DNA of 64,000 nt from Bacteroidota bacterium. Its GTDB lineage: Bacteria; Bacteroidota; Bacteroidia; Flavobacteriales; BACL11. Position numbers and translations under genes: made by a program. This document shows, piece by piece, positions 19,914 through 28,244 of this stretch. Numbering within the stretch: position 1 is the first letter of the stretch; each line of letters opens with the position of its first letter. The notes under the pieces were generated by a model, which saw only the letters and a program-made list of their open reading frames with translations, had not been told where the DNA came from and did no database searches. The stretch lies in assembly GCA_036141595.1 (NCBI GenBank), contig JAYZXD010000021.1:7969-71968 (forward strand). The letters run 5' to 3'.

Positions 19914-21075
19914 AATTTCACATCCAAATAAAATAATTAATTGTGAAATTAATTTACCCGCTTCAAAAAGTATTTCTAATAGGTTACTAATCATACAAGC
20001 TCTTAGTAATAAAACAATTACTATTGAAAACATATCAAAGTCTGAAGATACCATAAATTTAAAGAAAGGTATTTTTGCTTCAAATAAAAATATTGATATT
20101 AATCATTCTGGTACTGCATTTAGATTTCTTACTTCCTATTTGTCATCAATTAAAGATAAAGAGTATATACTTACTGGATCAAAAAGAATACAACAAAGAC
20201 CAATTAAAGAATTGGTCGACATTTTAGTTCAAATGGGAGCTAATATCAACTATATAAACAAAAAAGGATTTGCTCCATTAAAAATTAAAGGGAAGACACT
20301 TAGAGGGGGCTCATATCAAATTAGTGGTAAAATAAGTTCACAATTTATAACGTCTCTTTTATTGATTGCACCTACTTTAGAGAATGGAATTAAATTACAA
20401 ATTGATGGTTCTTTAGTTTCGGCTCCATATGTGTATATGACATTAAAAATTATGAAGGAATTTGGTATTGAAAGTGAATGGAAAGATAATACTATATGTA
20501 TTAAAAAACAATGTTACCTAAGTAAAGTGACATCTGTAGAAAGTGACTGGAGCGCCGCATCCTTTTGGTTTCAAATTGCTGCACTCTCTTCAAATTGTAA
20601 TATCATTTTAAATGGTTTAAATGACAGATCAATTCAAGGCGATAAAAAATGCAGATATTTTTTTGATAGATTAGGTGTATCATCTAAATTTTTAAACAAA
20701 TCACTGGTACTAACAAAAAACAAAAAAGTTTATAGCAATTTAAACTATAATCTTGTTAAATATCCTGACCTATTTCAACCACTTGCATGCACACACTTTG
20801 CAAAAAACATAAAAGCAAAATTTTCAGGAACCGATTCATTAAAAATTAAAGAAAGTAATAGATTACGAGTAGTTGCAGATGAATTACAAAAATTAAATAC
20901 AAATAAAAATATTGACACATATAATGACCATCGCATGGCCATGAGCTTTGCTCCTTTATGTCTATCATATGGTGAACTTCAAATTAATAATATTGAAGTT
21001 GTAAAAAAATCATATCCAAATTATTGGAGTGATTTGAAAAAAGCTGGTTTTAAAATATCTCCAGTAATTGACTGA
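19903..21075 (+). CDS. aroA: 3-phosphoshikimate 1-carboxyvinyltransferase (EPSP synthase)
   Basis: LPASKSISNR, HSGTAFRFL, NDHRMAMSFA. 390 aa, on the short side for the family. Confidence 0.88.
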   Translation: MNYKISHPNKIINCEINLPASKSISNRLLIIQALSNKTITIENISKSEDTINLKKGIFASNKNIDINHSGTAFRFLTSYLSSIKDKEYILTGSKRIQQRPIKELVDILVQMGANINYINKKGFAPLKIKGKTLRGGSYQISGKISSQFITSLLLIAPTLENGIKLQIDGSLVSAPYVYMTLKIMKEFGIESEWKDNTICIKKQCYLSKVTSVESDWSAASFWFQIAALSSNCNIILNGLNDRSIQGDKKCRYFFDRLGVSSKFLNKSLVLTKNKKVYSNLNYNLVKYPDLFQPLACTHFAKNIKAKFSGTDSLKIKESNRLRVVADELQKLNTNKNIDTYNDHRMAMSFAPLCLSYGELQINNIEVVKKSYPNYWSDLKKAGFKISPVID

Positions 21076-21742
21076 GAGATGAGATCTCATACGTAACTTT
21101 TTCTTTGTGAGGAGTTTTTTGTGGATTAAAAAAAATTCCATCGATTCCAAAATTTTGACATCCTAAAATATCTACTTCCAAATCATCTCCTACGTATATA
21201 CTTTCCGACTTTATAGCTTGTGATTTTTGTAAAGCATACTCAAAAATTTTAGGACTAGGCTTTTTAAATCCTATTTTTTCAGATGTTATAATATTAAGGA
21301 AAAAGGGCATTAGCGCAGAACACTTTAATTTAATGAGCTGAGTCTTTTCGAAACCATTTGTAATAATATGTAAATAATATTTATTCTTTAAATAATTTAA
21401 AGCTTCTAAAACGTAAGGAAATAGTTTAGTTTTTTTTGGACATATTTCAATATAATCAAGGCCTATTTTTTCTGACAATTTAAAATCATCGATTCCATAA
21501 TCAAGTAAAGTATTGTAAAATCTTTGGCTTCTTAATTTTTTTTGAGAAATTTTATTTTCTCTATATAAAGCCCATAAATGTTCATTATGAAGTTTATATT
21601 TTGTGATAAATTCATTATGGTCTGATATTCCTCTTGAAGCAATATTATACTTATTACATAATTCTAATAATGTTTCATTGGAATTCTCTTCAAAATCCCA
21701 AAGTGTTCTATCTAAGTCAAAAAAGATATGCTTATACTTCAT
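21050..21742 (-). CDS. HAD-superfamily hydrolase, subfamily IA (YjjG-like nucleotidase type)
   Basis: Motif I FFDLDRTLWDF, motif II ITNG, motif IV VGDDLEVDILG. The 3' end overlaps the aroA 3' end by 26 nt (convergent). Confidence 0.8.
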   Translation of the reverse strand: MKYKHIFFDLDRTLWDFEENSNETLLELCNKYNIASRGISDHNEFITKYKLHNEHLWALYRENKISQKKLRSQRFYNTLLDYGIDDFKLSEKIGLDYIEICPKKTKLFPYVLEALNYLKNKYYLHIITNGFEKTQLIKLKCSALMPFFLNIITSEKIGFKKPSPKIFEYALQKSQAIKSESIYVGDDLEVDILGCQNFGIDGIFFNPQKTPHKEKVTYEISSLSQLLEIF

Positions 21743-22396
21743 TTAAATTTTTGTTCCATATGACAAATCTCCAGCATCTCCTAGTCCTGGTACTATATAT
21801 GATTTTGAGTTTAGTTTTGAGTCCTCTGCTCCAATCCAAAGTGAACAGTTCTTAAAAGTGATATTATTTTGTATATAATCTACTCCAGATTTACTAGCTA
21901 TTACTCCAACTATATGCACACACTTTGGATTACCTTTTTTTAATATTAAATTTAATGATTTAATAAAAGATTTTCCAGTTGCAATCATTGGATCAACTAC
22001 AATTAAAACTTTATTATCAATGTTAGGAGTTGACAGATACTCTACTTTAATACTGAAGTCTTTCTGATCTTTTTCAGATCTGTAAGCAGAAATAAATGCA
22101 CTTTCAGAATTATCAAAATAATTCAAAAACCCTTTATGTAAAGGAAGACCAGCTCTAAGTATTGTAGCTAAAACCAATTGATCTTTAATTAGGGATTGAT
22201 TTACTTTTCCAAGAGGAGTAGTTATATTTTGTGTTTCATAATCTAATTTTTTACTGATTTCATATGCAAATACTTCTCCTATTCTTTCTAAATTTCTTCG
22301 AAATCTCATTGAATCTTGTTGTACATTTATATCTCTAATTTGACTTATAAAATTATTGAAAACAGAATTATTTTTTCCTATGTTAATTACTTTCAT
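21743..22396 (-). CDS. upp: Uracil phosphoribosyltransferase
   Basis: ILRAGLP, PRPP loop VVDPMIATGKS, IVPGLGDAGD. Confidence 0.9.
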   Translation of the reverse strand: MKVINIGKNNSVFNNFISQIRDINVQQDSMRFRRNLERIGEVFAYEISKKLDYETQNITTPLGKVNQSLIKDQLVLATILRAGLPLHKGFLNYFDNSESAFISAYRSEKDQKDFSIKVEYLSTPNIDNKVLIVVDPMIATGKSFIKSLNLILKKGNPKCVHIVGVIASKSGVDYIQNNITFKNCSLWIGAEDSKLNSKSYIVPGLGDAGDLSYGTKI

Positions 22397-22412
22397 AAAT
22401 ATATATTTACAA

Positions 22413-22420
22413 CAAATATA
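22413..22420 (-). promoter_or_regulatory. Candidate -7 promoter box for upp-HAD
   Basis: Minus strand reads TAtaTTTG, 16 nt upstream of the ATG at 22396, immediately after the rpsT terminator. Confidence 0.45.
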
Positions 22421-22450
22421 AAAAAAGGGGTAAGCAAAAAAGCTGACCCC
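22420..22450 (-). terminator. Rho-independent terminator downstream of rpsT
   Basis: Minus strand: GGGGUcAGC-UUUUUU-GCUuACCCC hairpin (22427-22450) followed by U7 (22420-26). Confidence 0.6.
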
Positions 22451-22474
22451 ATATATAAGTTTATTAAAAAATAA

Positions 22475-22729
22475 CTATGATAAAGTATTTACGTGCTTAG
22501 TTAGTTTAGATTTAATATTACCTGCTTTGTTTTTGTGAATAATATTTTTTTTAGCTAACTTATCTAGCATAGCAGTTACCTTTGGTAGTAAATCTAAAGC
22601 TTCTTTTTTGTTTGTAGTTGCTTTTAAATCTCTGACAGAATTTCTTGTTGTTTTATGCTTGTATTTATTTAACAACCTTTTTGTTTCAGTTTGTTTAATT
22701 CTTTTTAATGCAGATTTATGATTTGCCAT
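22475..22729 (-). CDS. rpsT: 30S ribosomal protein S20
   Basis: 84 aa, basic. MANHKSALKRIKQ start typical of S20. Confidence 0.95.
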   Translation of the reverse strand: MANHKSALKRIKQTETKRLLNKYKHKTTRNSVRDLKATTNKKEALDLLPKVTAMLDKLAKKNIIHKNKAGNIKSKLTKHVNTLS

Positions 22730-22745
22730 AATATTTATTTTTTTG

Positions 22746-22817
22746 TACCCCGACGGGGAATCGAACCCCGGTTACCAGGATGAAAACCTGGCGTCCTAAC
22801 CACTAGACGACCGGGGC
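22746..22817 (-). tRNA. tRNA-Glu (anticodon UUC); CCA not encoded
   Basis: Manual cloverleaf: GCCCCGG-UC-GUCU-AGUGGUUA-GGAC-G-CCAGG-UUUUCAU-CCUGG-UAAC-CGGGG-UUCGAUU-CCCCG-UCGGGGU-A. It has a 4-nt variable loop and a layout matching bacterial tRNA-Glu. G-U pairs sit at acceptor positions 1-72 and 7-66, so the exact ends are +/-1 nt. Confidence 0.85.
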
Positions 22818-22842
22818 CTATGTGTTTTTATTTATTGGATTG

Positions 22843-22850
22843 CAAATTTA
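22843..22850 (-). promoter_or_regulatory. Candidate -7 promoter box for tRNA-Glu (and probably rpsT)
   Basis: Minus strand reads TAaaTTTG, 25 nt upstream of the tRNA 5' end. Confidence 0.45.
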
Positions 22851-22876
22851 TAATTTTTTTTATTCTTTCAAAGAAA

Positions 22877-23551
22877 TTAATGATTATTTGTTTCGTTAGA
22901 AAACTTAAATCCTAATCGCTTTGCTGTTCTGATTTTATGATTGTTATTTAAATTTAAAACTTGACTAACAGAAACTACTTTAACATCATTAAAATTTGGT
23001 GTTTGTAAATCAAAATTAAGTGAATATGTAATAGCATTACTAATAATACTAGTTATATATTCTTTATTTATACTTTGATTTGTGAAGTCACTAAATAAAA
23101 AGCCTAGCTGATCCTCTCCTTCAACAAAAAAATTTCTATCTTTATTAATAAAAATTCTAGCAATTAAAAACCCAACATCATTAAGCCTATTATATTTTAA
23201 TGAATCTGAAAGAAAATTATAAATATTAATGATGCCACAAAAAGATCTTGAACTATCCTCTTTAACATATTTACTTTTATGAATTTTATGTGCGGCATCA
23301 AAATCAAAAATGTTTGTATGCATATTAAACAAAAGTGTATCACCTGAGAATTTTATCTTTGCATCGAAATCACCCGACTCTTTGTAAAGTATATTTATTT
23401 TGGGATCTAAAGTCTCCTTATTTAGTTTGTTGACTAATTCAACTAAAACATCTTGGATTTGAGCAAAAACTTCTTTTGTGATCTGATATACTTTTTGTTT
23501 TGTTCCAGCTTTTTCTTTAAGTAATTTAATTATATTTTCTTGATTATTCAT
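22877..23551 (-). CDS. Hypothetical protein (no recognisable domain)
   Basis: 224-aa ORF from ATG 23551 (MNNQENIIKLL...), 1 nt after the proS stop (TAGAATG). The ORF track's TTG at 23569 would overlap proS. No signal peptide, TM segment or catalytic motif is visible. Confidence 0.6.
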   Translation of the reverse strand: MNNQENIIKLLKEKAGTKQKVYQITKEVFAQIQDVLVELVNKLNKETLDPKINILYKESGDFDAKIKFSGDTLLFNMHTNIFDFDAAHKIHKSKYVKEDSSRSFCGIINIYNFLSDSLKYNRLNDVGFLIARIFINKDRNFFVEGEDQLGFLFSDFTNQSINKEYITSIISNAITYSLNFDLQTPNFNDVKVVSVSQVLNLNNNHKIRTAKRLGFKFSNETNNH

Positions 23552-23552
23552 T

Positions 23553-25025
23553 CTAATAATTTTTTGCAAATAAAACTAGCTGATCTGAAGACTTACCACT
23601 ATAAAGACACTTACCCGGTTTTTTATTAGTATTATAAGGAATACACCTGATCGTTGCCTTAGTTTTTTGTTTTATTAGCTCTTCAGTTTCAGATGTCCCG
23701 TCCCAATGAGCGTAGACAAAACCTCCCTTTTTTATTAGCTCTTCAAATTCTTGTTTTGTATTAGCTTCATAAGTATTATCTTCTCTAAAGCTTAATGCAT
23801 TTCGATATAAATTTTCTTGAATTTCATCAAGTATTAATTTTACTTGATTTTCAATATCAGAGATTGCATAAGACTTTTTTTCTAAAGTATCTCTCCTAAC
23901 GATTTCTACAGTTCCATCTTCAATATCTCTTGGACCTAAAGTAAGGCGTAGTGGAACTCCTTTTAATTCATATTCTGCAAATTTCCATCCAGGCTTGTGC
24001 GTATCTCTGCTATCGTATTTAACTGAAATACCTTTTTTTTCTAGTGACTTTTTGATTGAATCTACTTTTAATGATATTTCCTCTAATTGCTTTTTCTCTT
24101 TAAAAACAGGAACAATAACAACTTGAAAAGGAGCAAGTTTTGGTGGTAAGACTAAACCATTATCATCAGAGTGTGTCATAATTAGTGCTCCCATTAATCT
24201 TGTAGATACACCCCATGATGTTGCCCAAACAAATTCTTGCTTACCCTCTTTATTGGTAAATTTTACATCAAATGCTTTAGCAAAATTTTGACCTAAAAAA
24301 TGAGATGTTCCCGCTTGTAGTGCTTTTCCATCCTGCATCAATGCCTCAATACAATATGTTTCCTCAGCACCTGCAAACCTTTCTTTTTCAGATTTTAAAC
24401 CAATAATAACTGGCATTGCCATAAAATTTTGAGCAAATTCAGCATAAACATTTATCATTTGTTCGGTTTCAAAAATTGCTTCTTTTTTTGTAGAGTGAGC
24501 TGTATGCCCTTCCTGCCACAAAAATTCTGCAGTTCTCAAAAATAATCTTGTTCGCATCTCCCATCTGACAACATTAGCCCATTGATTTACTAGTATAGGT
24601 AAATCTCTATATGACTGTATCCATTTTCTATATGTATCCCAAATAATAGTTTCTGAAGTTGGTCTTACGATAAGTTCCTCTTCCAACTTAGCTGATTCGT
24701 CTACAACTACACCACTCCCATCACTTGCGTTTTTTAATCGATAATGAGTAACTACAGCACACTCTTTCGCAAATCCATCTACATGAGCAGCTTCTTTACT
24801 TAAGTATGATTTAGGAATAAATATTGGAAAATAAGCGTTCTCATGTCCTGTTTGTTTAAACATTTTATCAAGCTCAGCTTGCATTTTTTCCCAAATTGCA
24901 TATCCATATGGTTTTATTACCATACATCCTCTTACACCTGAATTTTCAGCAAGACCTGCTAATTGCACCAACTCGTTATACCATTGCGCATAATCTTGGG
25001 CTCTTGAAGTTAATTTTTTCTTCAT
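23553..25025 (-). CDS. proS: Prolyl-tRNA synthetase (archaeal/eukaryote-like type without an insertion editing domain)
   Basis: Class II motifs ([26 protein letters not shown]), anticodon-binding region, C-terminal YAHWDG...IRCIP...Y. Confidence 0.95.
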   Translation of the reverse strand: MKKKLTSRAQDYAQWYNELVQLAGLAENSGVRGCMVIKPYGYAIWEKMQAELDKMFKQTGHENAYFPIFIPKSYLSKEAAHVDGFAKECAVVTHYRLKNASDGSGVVVDESAKLEEELIVRPTSETIIWDTYRKWIQSYRDLPILVNQWANVVRWEMRTRLFLRTAEFLWQEGHTAHSTKKEAIFETEQMINVYAEFAQNFMAMPVIIGLKSEKERFAGAEETYCIEALMQDGKALQAGTSHFLGQNFAKAFDVKFTNKEGKQEFVWATSWGVSTRLMGALIMTHSDDNGLVLPPKLAPFQVVIVPVFKEKKQLEEISLKVDSIKKSLEKKGISVKYDSRDTHKPGWKFAEYELKGVPLRLTLGPRDIEDGTVEIVRRDTLEKKSYAISDIENQVKLILDEIQENLYRNALSFREDNTYEANTKQEFEELIKKGGFVYAHWDGTSETEELIKQKTKATIRCIPYNTNKKPGKCLYSGKSSDQLVLFAKNY

Positions 25026-25047
25026 TGTATATTTAACTTAAAAAATG

Positions 25048-25055
25048 TAATTTTG
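25048..25055 (+). promoter_or_regulatory. Candidate -7 promoter box for the lipoprotein/barrel gene pair
   Basis: TAatTTTG, 86 nt upstream of the ATG at 25142. The predicted leader contains a 9-bp inverted repeat AAAACTAAT/ATTAGTTTT (25086-25117). Confidence 0.4.
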
Positions 25056-25141
25056 TAGTATAATTTACGTTAGTAATTATAGTACAAAACTAATAAAATT
25101 AAACTAGCATTAGTTTTAAATTAAAAAACATACAAAAAAGA

Positions 25142-26053
25142 ATGAAAAATATAATATTATCAACTCTAGCCCTACTATTTTTAGGATCATGCATTTCTAC
25201 AACACAAATTTATTATAGTGATCCAAATTATTTAGCAAGTGATGAATTTAGTTCGTATGAAGATCTTGTTAAAAATGAATCTGTTGGCTCTGAATATGAT
25301 ACTACAAGTATAAATGATACAGTATACTCAGAAACAGAAAATTTTTCTACTGATGATTATTATGATTTTTCATTTTCATCTAGAATAAAAAGATTTCATA
25401 ATCCTTTGTTTTATTCAGGATACTATGGTAATTTCTACACCGATTATTACTGGTACCACGATGATCCATTTTTTTGGGGATCTAGTATTTATGCTGGATA
25501 TAACTGGTATTCACCTTATTATTCTTATTATAGCTATTCTCCATTTTATCATAGCTACTACAGCCCATACTACTACGGAAATTATTTTACGTATGGCTAT
25601 CATTTTCATCACTGTCATTCAAATTATAATACATACACTTATTCACATTATCCACTAAATCAGCATGATAGCTATATCAAGGGTAATCGAACAAATTTAT
25701 CAACAAACAGCATATCATCTAACCAGGTAAATAATAGAGGATTAATAAATATAAAAAACAAAAATTCAACTATTAACATTAGAAATAATAATACTAAAAC
25801 ATCAAGTATTTCTAAAAATAATAGCCAGACTAAGAATCAAAATCGAAATAAAGTAAAAACAAATACCTATAATAGAAACAAAGTAAAAACTAACAATACA
25901 AACACAAACTATAAAAACAACAAATCTAATAACAGCAGATCAAATATAAATAGATCAAACATAAATAGATCAAACATAAATAGATCAAATATAAATAGAT
26001 CAAATATAAATAGATCAAATAATAATAGATCAAATAGAAACCCTAGAAGATAG
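25142..26053 (+). CDS. Low-complexity lipoprotein: acidic N-terminal region, Tyr-rich core, Asn/Ser/Lys/Arg tail with RSNIN repeats
   Basis: Lipoprotein signal MKNIILSTLALLFLGSC. 28 Tyr in residues 91-170 (my count). The C terminus is (RSNIN)5-RSNNN-RSNRN-PRR. No domain I can name. Confidence 0.6.
   Translation: MKNIILSTLALLFLGSCISTTQIYYSDPNYLASDEFSSYEDLVKNESVGSEYDTTSINDTVYSETENFSTDDYYDFSFSSRIKRFHNPLFYSGYYGNFYTDYYWYHDDPFFWGSSIYAGYNWYSPYYSYYSYSPFYHSYYSPYYYGNYFTYGYHFHHCHSNYNTYTYSHYPLNQHDSYIKGNRTNLSTNSISSNQVNNRGLINIKNKNSTINIRNNNTKTSSISKNNSQTKNQNRNKVKTNTYNRNKVKTNNTNTNYKNNKSNNSRSNINRSNINRSNINRSNINRSNINRSNNNRSNRNPRR
25937..26041 (+). repeat. Seven tandem copies of a 15-bp unit AGATCAAAYATAAAT (last two degenerate), in frame, encoding RSNIN
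   Basis: Direct reading gives units starting at 25937, 25952, 25967, 25982, 25997, 26012 and 26027. The first five differ only at the T/C wobble position. Confidence 0.9.
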
Positions 26054-26059
26054 TAAAAC

Positions 26060-27493
26060 ATGAGAAATATAATTTTAACACTAATATTTATACTACAAAC
26101 AATTATTATAAATGCTCAAAACGAAATTGATGCACTTAGATATTCTATGACAGATTTATCTGGATCAGCAAGATATACTGCAATGGGAGGAGCTTTTGGA
26201 TCTTTGGGAGGAGAATTCTCATCATTAAGCTCTAATCCTGCAGGTTTAGGGATGTATCAATATTCAGAAATATCTTTCACTCCCATATTTAATTTATATT
26301 CAACAAAATCATATTATTCTAATAATTCAGCTACTGCATACAGATCAAATTCATTAGTAGGTAATTTTGGCTTAATTCTTTCAACACCAAAAAACAACTC
26401 AGACTGGAAAAGAATCAATATTGGAATTGGATGGAACCAATTAGCAAATTTTGATAATTCAACAGTTATTGAAGGTGTAAATTACGATAACTCTATTGTA
26501 GATAAAATTATAGATTTGACCAACGGCACACTAACAAATGATTTAATTAATGGTAATGGTAATACATACTCTCAATTAGCATGGAACACTTATTTAATTG
26601 ATCCATTATACATTAACAATGATTTAGTTGATGGCCAATACATTTCGAATTTTTCTAGTGCTAGCAAAATACAGTATAAAAATATTAGAACTAGCGGTGA
26701 TATGAGTGAATTTGTTATTTCACTTGGTAGTTCTTTCAAAGAAAAATTATATGTTGGAGCAACGCTTGGTATTCCTGCAATCAATTTTTATGAATATTCA
26801 GAATATATTGAAAGTGAAAACACTGATACAGCAAATAATTTAAGAGATATAATTTTAACAGAGGAGCTTTCGGCTTATGGTACTGGATATAATTTTAAGA
26901 TAGGTGCTATTTACAGACTTTCAGAAAATATAAAAATAGGAGGTGCTTTACATACACCTACATTTATCAATATGGAAGAGGATTACAACGTAGCTATGTC
27001 TACATACTTTAAAGACAGTTCATTAAATTATTCTATGGGATATAGAGCTCCATTTAATTATGATTTAATTACACCAATGAAAACAATAGTTAGTGCTTCT
27101 ACAATATTTAATAATATTATTATTTCAGGGCAGTATGAAATAATTGATTACTCAACAGCTGAGTATTTCACTACTGGATTTGAAATTGAAAATAATACTA
27201 TTTCTGAAATTTATCAAAGAACTGAAAATATTAAAGTTGGTGCTGAAATCAATCTCAAAACAATAATTCTTAGAACAGGATATGCAAAATATGGAAGTCC
27301 CTACATAGAAAATGATTTTAGTATAGAAAACTTTAGCTACGGAATAGGAATGAACAATGGTAGATACTTTATGGATGTAGCGTATATATTAAACCAGAGC
27401 ACGTCAGAACACTCACTATATAGTTATGTAAATCCAATAAAGTTAATTAACACTAATCATAGTGTAATATTTACTTTAGGTTTTAGGTATTAG
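26060..27493 (+). CDS. Outer-membrane beta-barrel protein, FadL/OMPP1-PorV-PorQ-like (putative)
   Basis: Signal peptide ending INAQ. SARYTAMGGAFGSLGGEFSSLSSNPAGLG near the mature N terminus. Strand-like alternation throughout. C-terminal FTLGFRY. The start is 6 nt after the lipoprotein stop. Confidence 0.65.
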   Translation: MRNIILTLIFILQTIIINAQNEIDALRYSMTDLSGSARYTAMGGAFGSLGGEFSSLSSNPAGLGMYQYSEISFTPIFNLYSTKSYYSNNSATAYRSNSLVGNFGLILSTPKNNSDWKRINIGIGWNQLANFDNSTVIEGVNYDNSIVDKIIDLTNGTLTNDLINGNGNTYSQLAWNTYLIDPLYINNDLVDGQYISNFSSASKIQYKNIRTSGDMSEFVISLGSSFKEKLYVGATLGIPAINFYEYSEYIESENTDTANNLRDIILTEELSAYGTGYNFKIGAIYRLSENIKIGGALHTPTFINMEEDYNVAMSTYFKDSSLNYSMGYRAPFNYDLITPMKTIVSASTIFNNIIISGQYEIIDYSTAEYFTTGFEIENNTISEIYQRTENIKVGAEINLKTIILRTGYAKYGSPYIENDFSIENFSYGIGMNNGRYFMDVAYILNQSTSEHSLYSYVNPIKLINTNHSVIFTLGFRY

Positions 27494-27498
27494 TCAAT

Positions 27499-28242
27499 TT
27501 AATTTTCAAATTGCTCAGCATCAACTAAAATTCTTCCGCAGTGCTCACAACTTGTTACTTTTTTGTGCATTTTGATATCTAATAACATTTGAGGAGGAAT
27601 TTGATAGCCACTACAAGAAGAGCGTTCAACAGAAACAACCGCTAAGCCATTTGGAACTTTACTTCGTATTCTTTTATATTGAGCTAAAAGTCTCTCGTTA
27701 ATTACTTTTTCAGCTTTTTTTGATTCCTGAAGCAACGACTTCTCTTCTTTCTCTGTTTCTGCAATTATTTCGTTAAGTTGATCTGTTTTAATTTTCAACT
27801 CTTCCTCTTTTTCATTGATCTCATCTTTGCATGAGTTTAATATTTCAGTTTTGTGTAATATACTTGCATCGTTTTGATTTTTCTTTTTATTAGCAAGCTC
27901 TATTTCTAAATTTTGATACTCAACTTCTTTTGTTAGTGATGTGTACTCTCTATTATTTTTAATATTTTTAAGTTGTTCTTCATATTTTTCCACAGCAGCA
28001 ACAGCTAAGGAAATAGTATTTTTATTACCTACAATGTTGTCATTTATATCATCTATTTCAGACTGGATTTTATCCAATCTTAAATTTAAGCCCGCAATGG
28101 TATCTTTCAAATCACTAATTTCTAAAGGCAATTCACCTCTTACTATTCTTATATTATCAATTTTTGAATCAATTACTTGTAATTGGTGTAAAGCTCTCAA
28201 TTGATTCTCAACTGAATCAGCTTTTGTTTTTTGTTTTACCAT
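27499..28242 (-). CDS. Coiled-coil protein with a C-terminal C4 zinc ribbon (DUF164/COG1579-like)
   Basis: Long heptad-like region, then CSGYQIPP...SCEHCGRIL. The usual genomic partner, a NIF3 protein, is encoded immediately upstream. Confidence 0.75.
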   Translation of the reverse strand: MVKQKTKADSVENQLRALHQLQVIDSKIDNIRIVRGELPLEISDLKDTIAGLNLRLDKIQSEIDDINDNIVGNKNTISLAVAAVEKYEEQLKNIKNNREYTSLTKEVEYQNLEIELANKKKNQNDASILHKTEILNSCKDEINEKEEELKIKTDQLNEIIAETEKEEKSLLQESKKAEKVINERLLAQYKRIRSKVPNGLAVVSVERSSCSGYQIPPQMLLDIKMHKKVTSCEHCGRILVDAEQFEN

Positions 28243-28244
28243 TT

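Noticed and set aside
25085-25117. Inverted repeat AAAACTAAT/ATTAGTTTT as an independent regulatory RNA or protein operator
   Set aside because: It is only 9 bp and entirely A/T except for one C-G pair. Its left arm overlaps a possible minus-strand CAAAacTA box for proS. I kept it as a note under the 25142-27493 finding rather than as a separate call.
25425-25658. 77-aa alternate-frame ORF inside the Tyr-rich region of the lipoprotein gene
   Set aside because: It is an artefact of the TAT/TAC-rich repeat, which is stop-free in a second frame. It has no independent start signal.
25937-26041. Possible CRISPR-like or satellite array
   Set aside because: The units are 15 bp, contiguous with no spacers, and lie in frame within a CDS. 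This is a coding tandem repeat, not a CRISPR array. No cas genes are present in the window.
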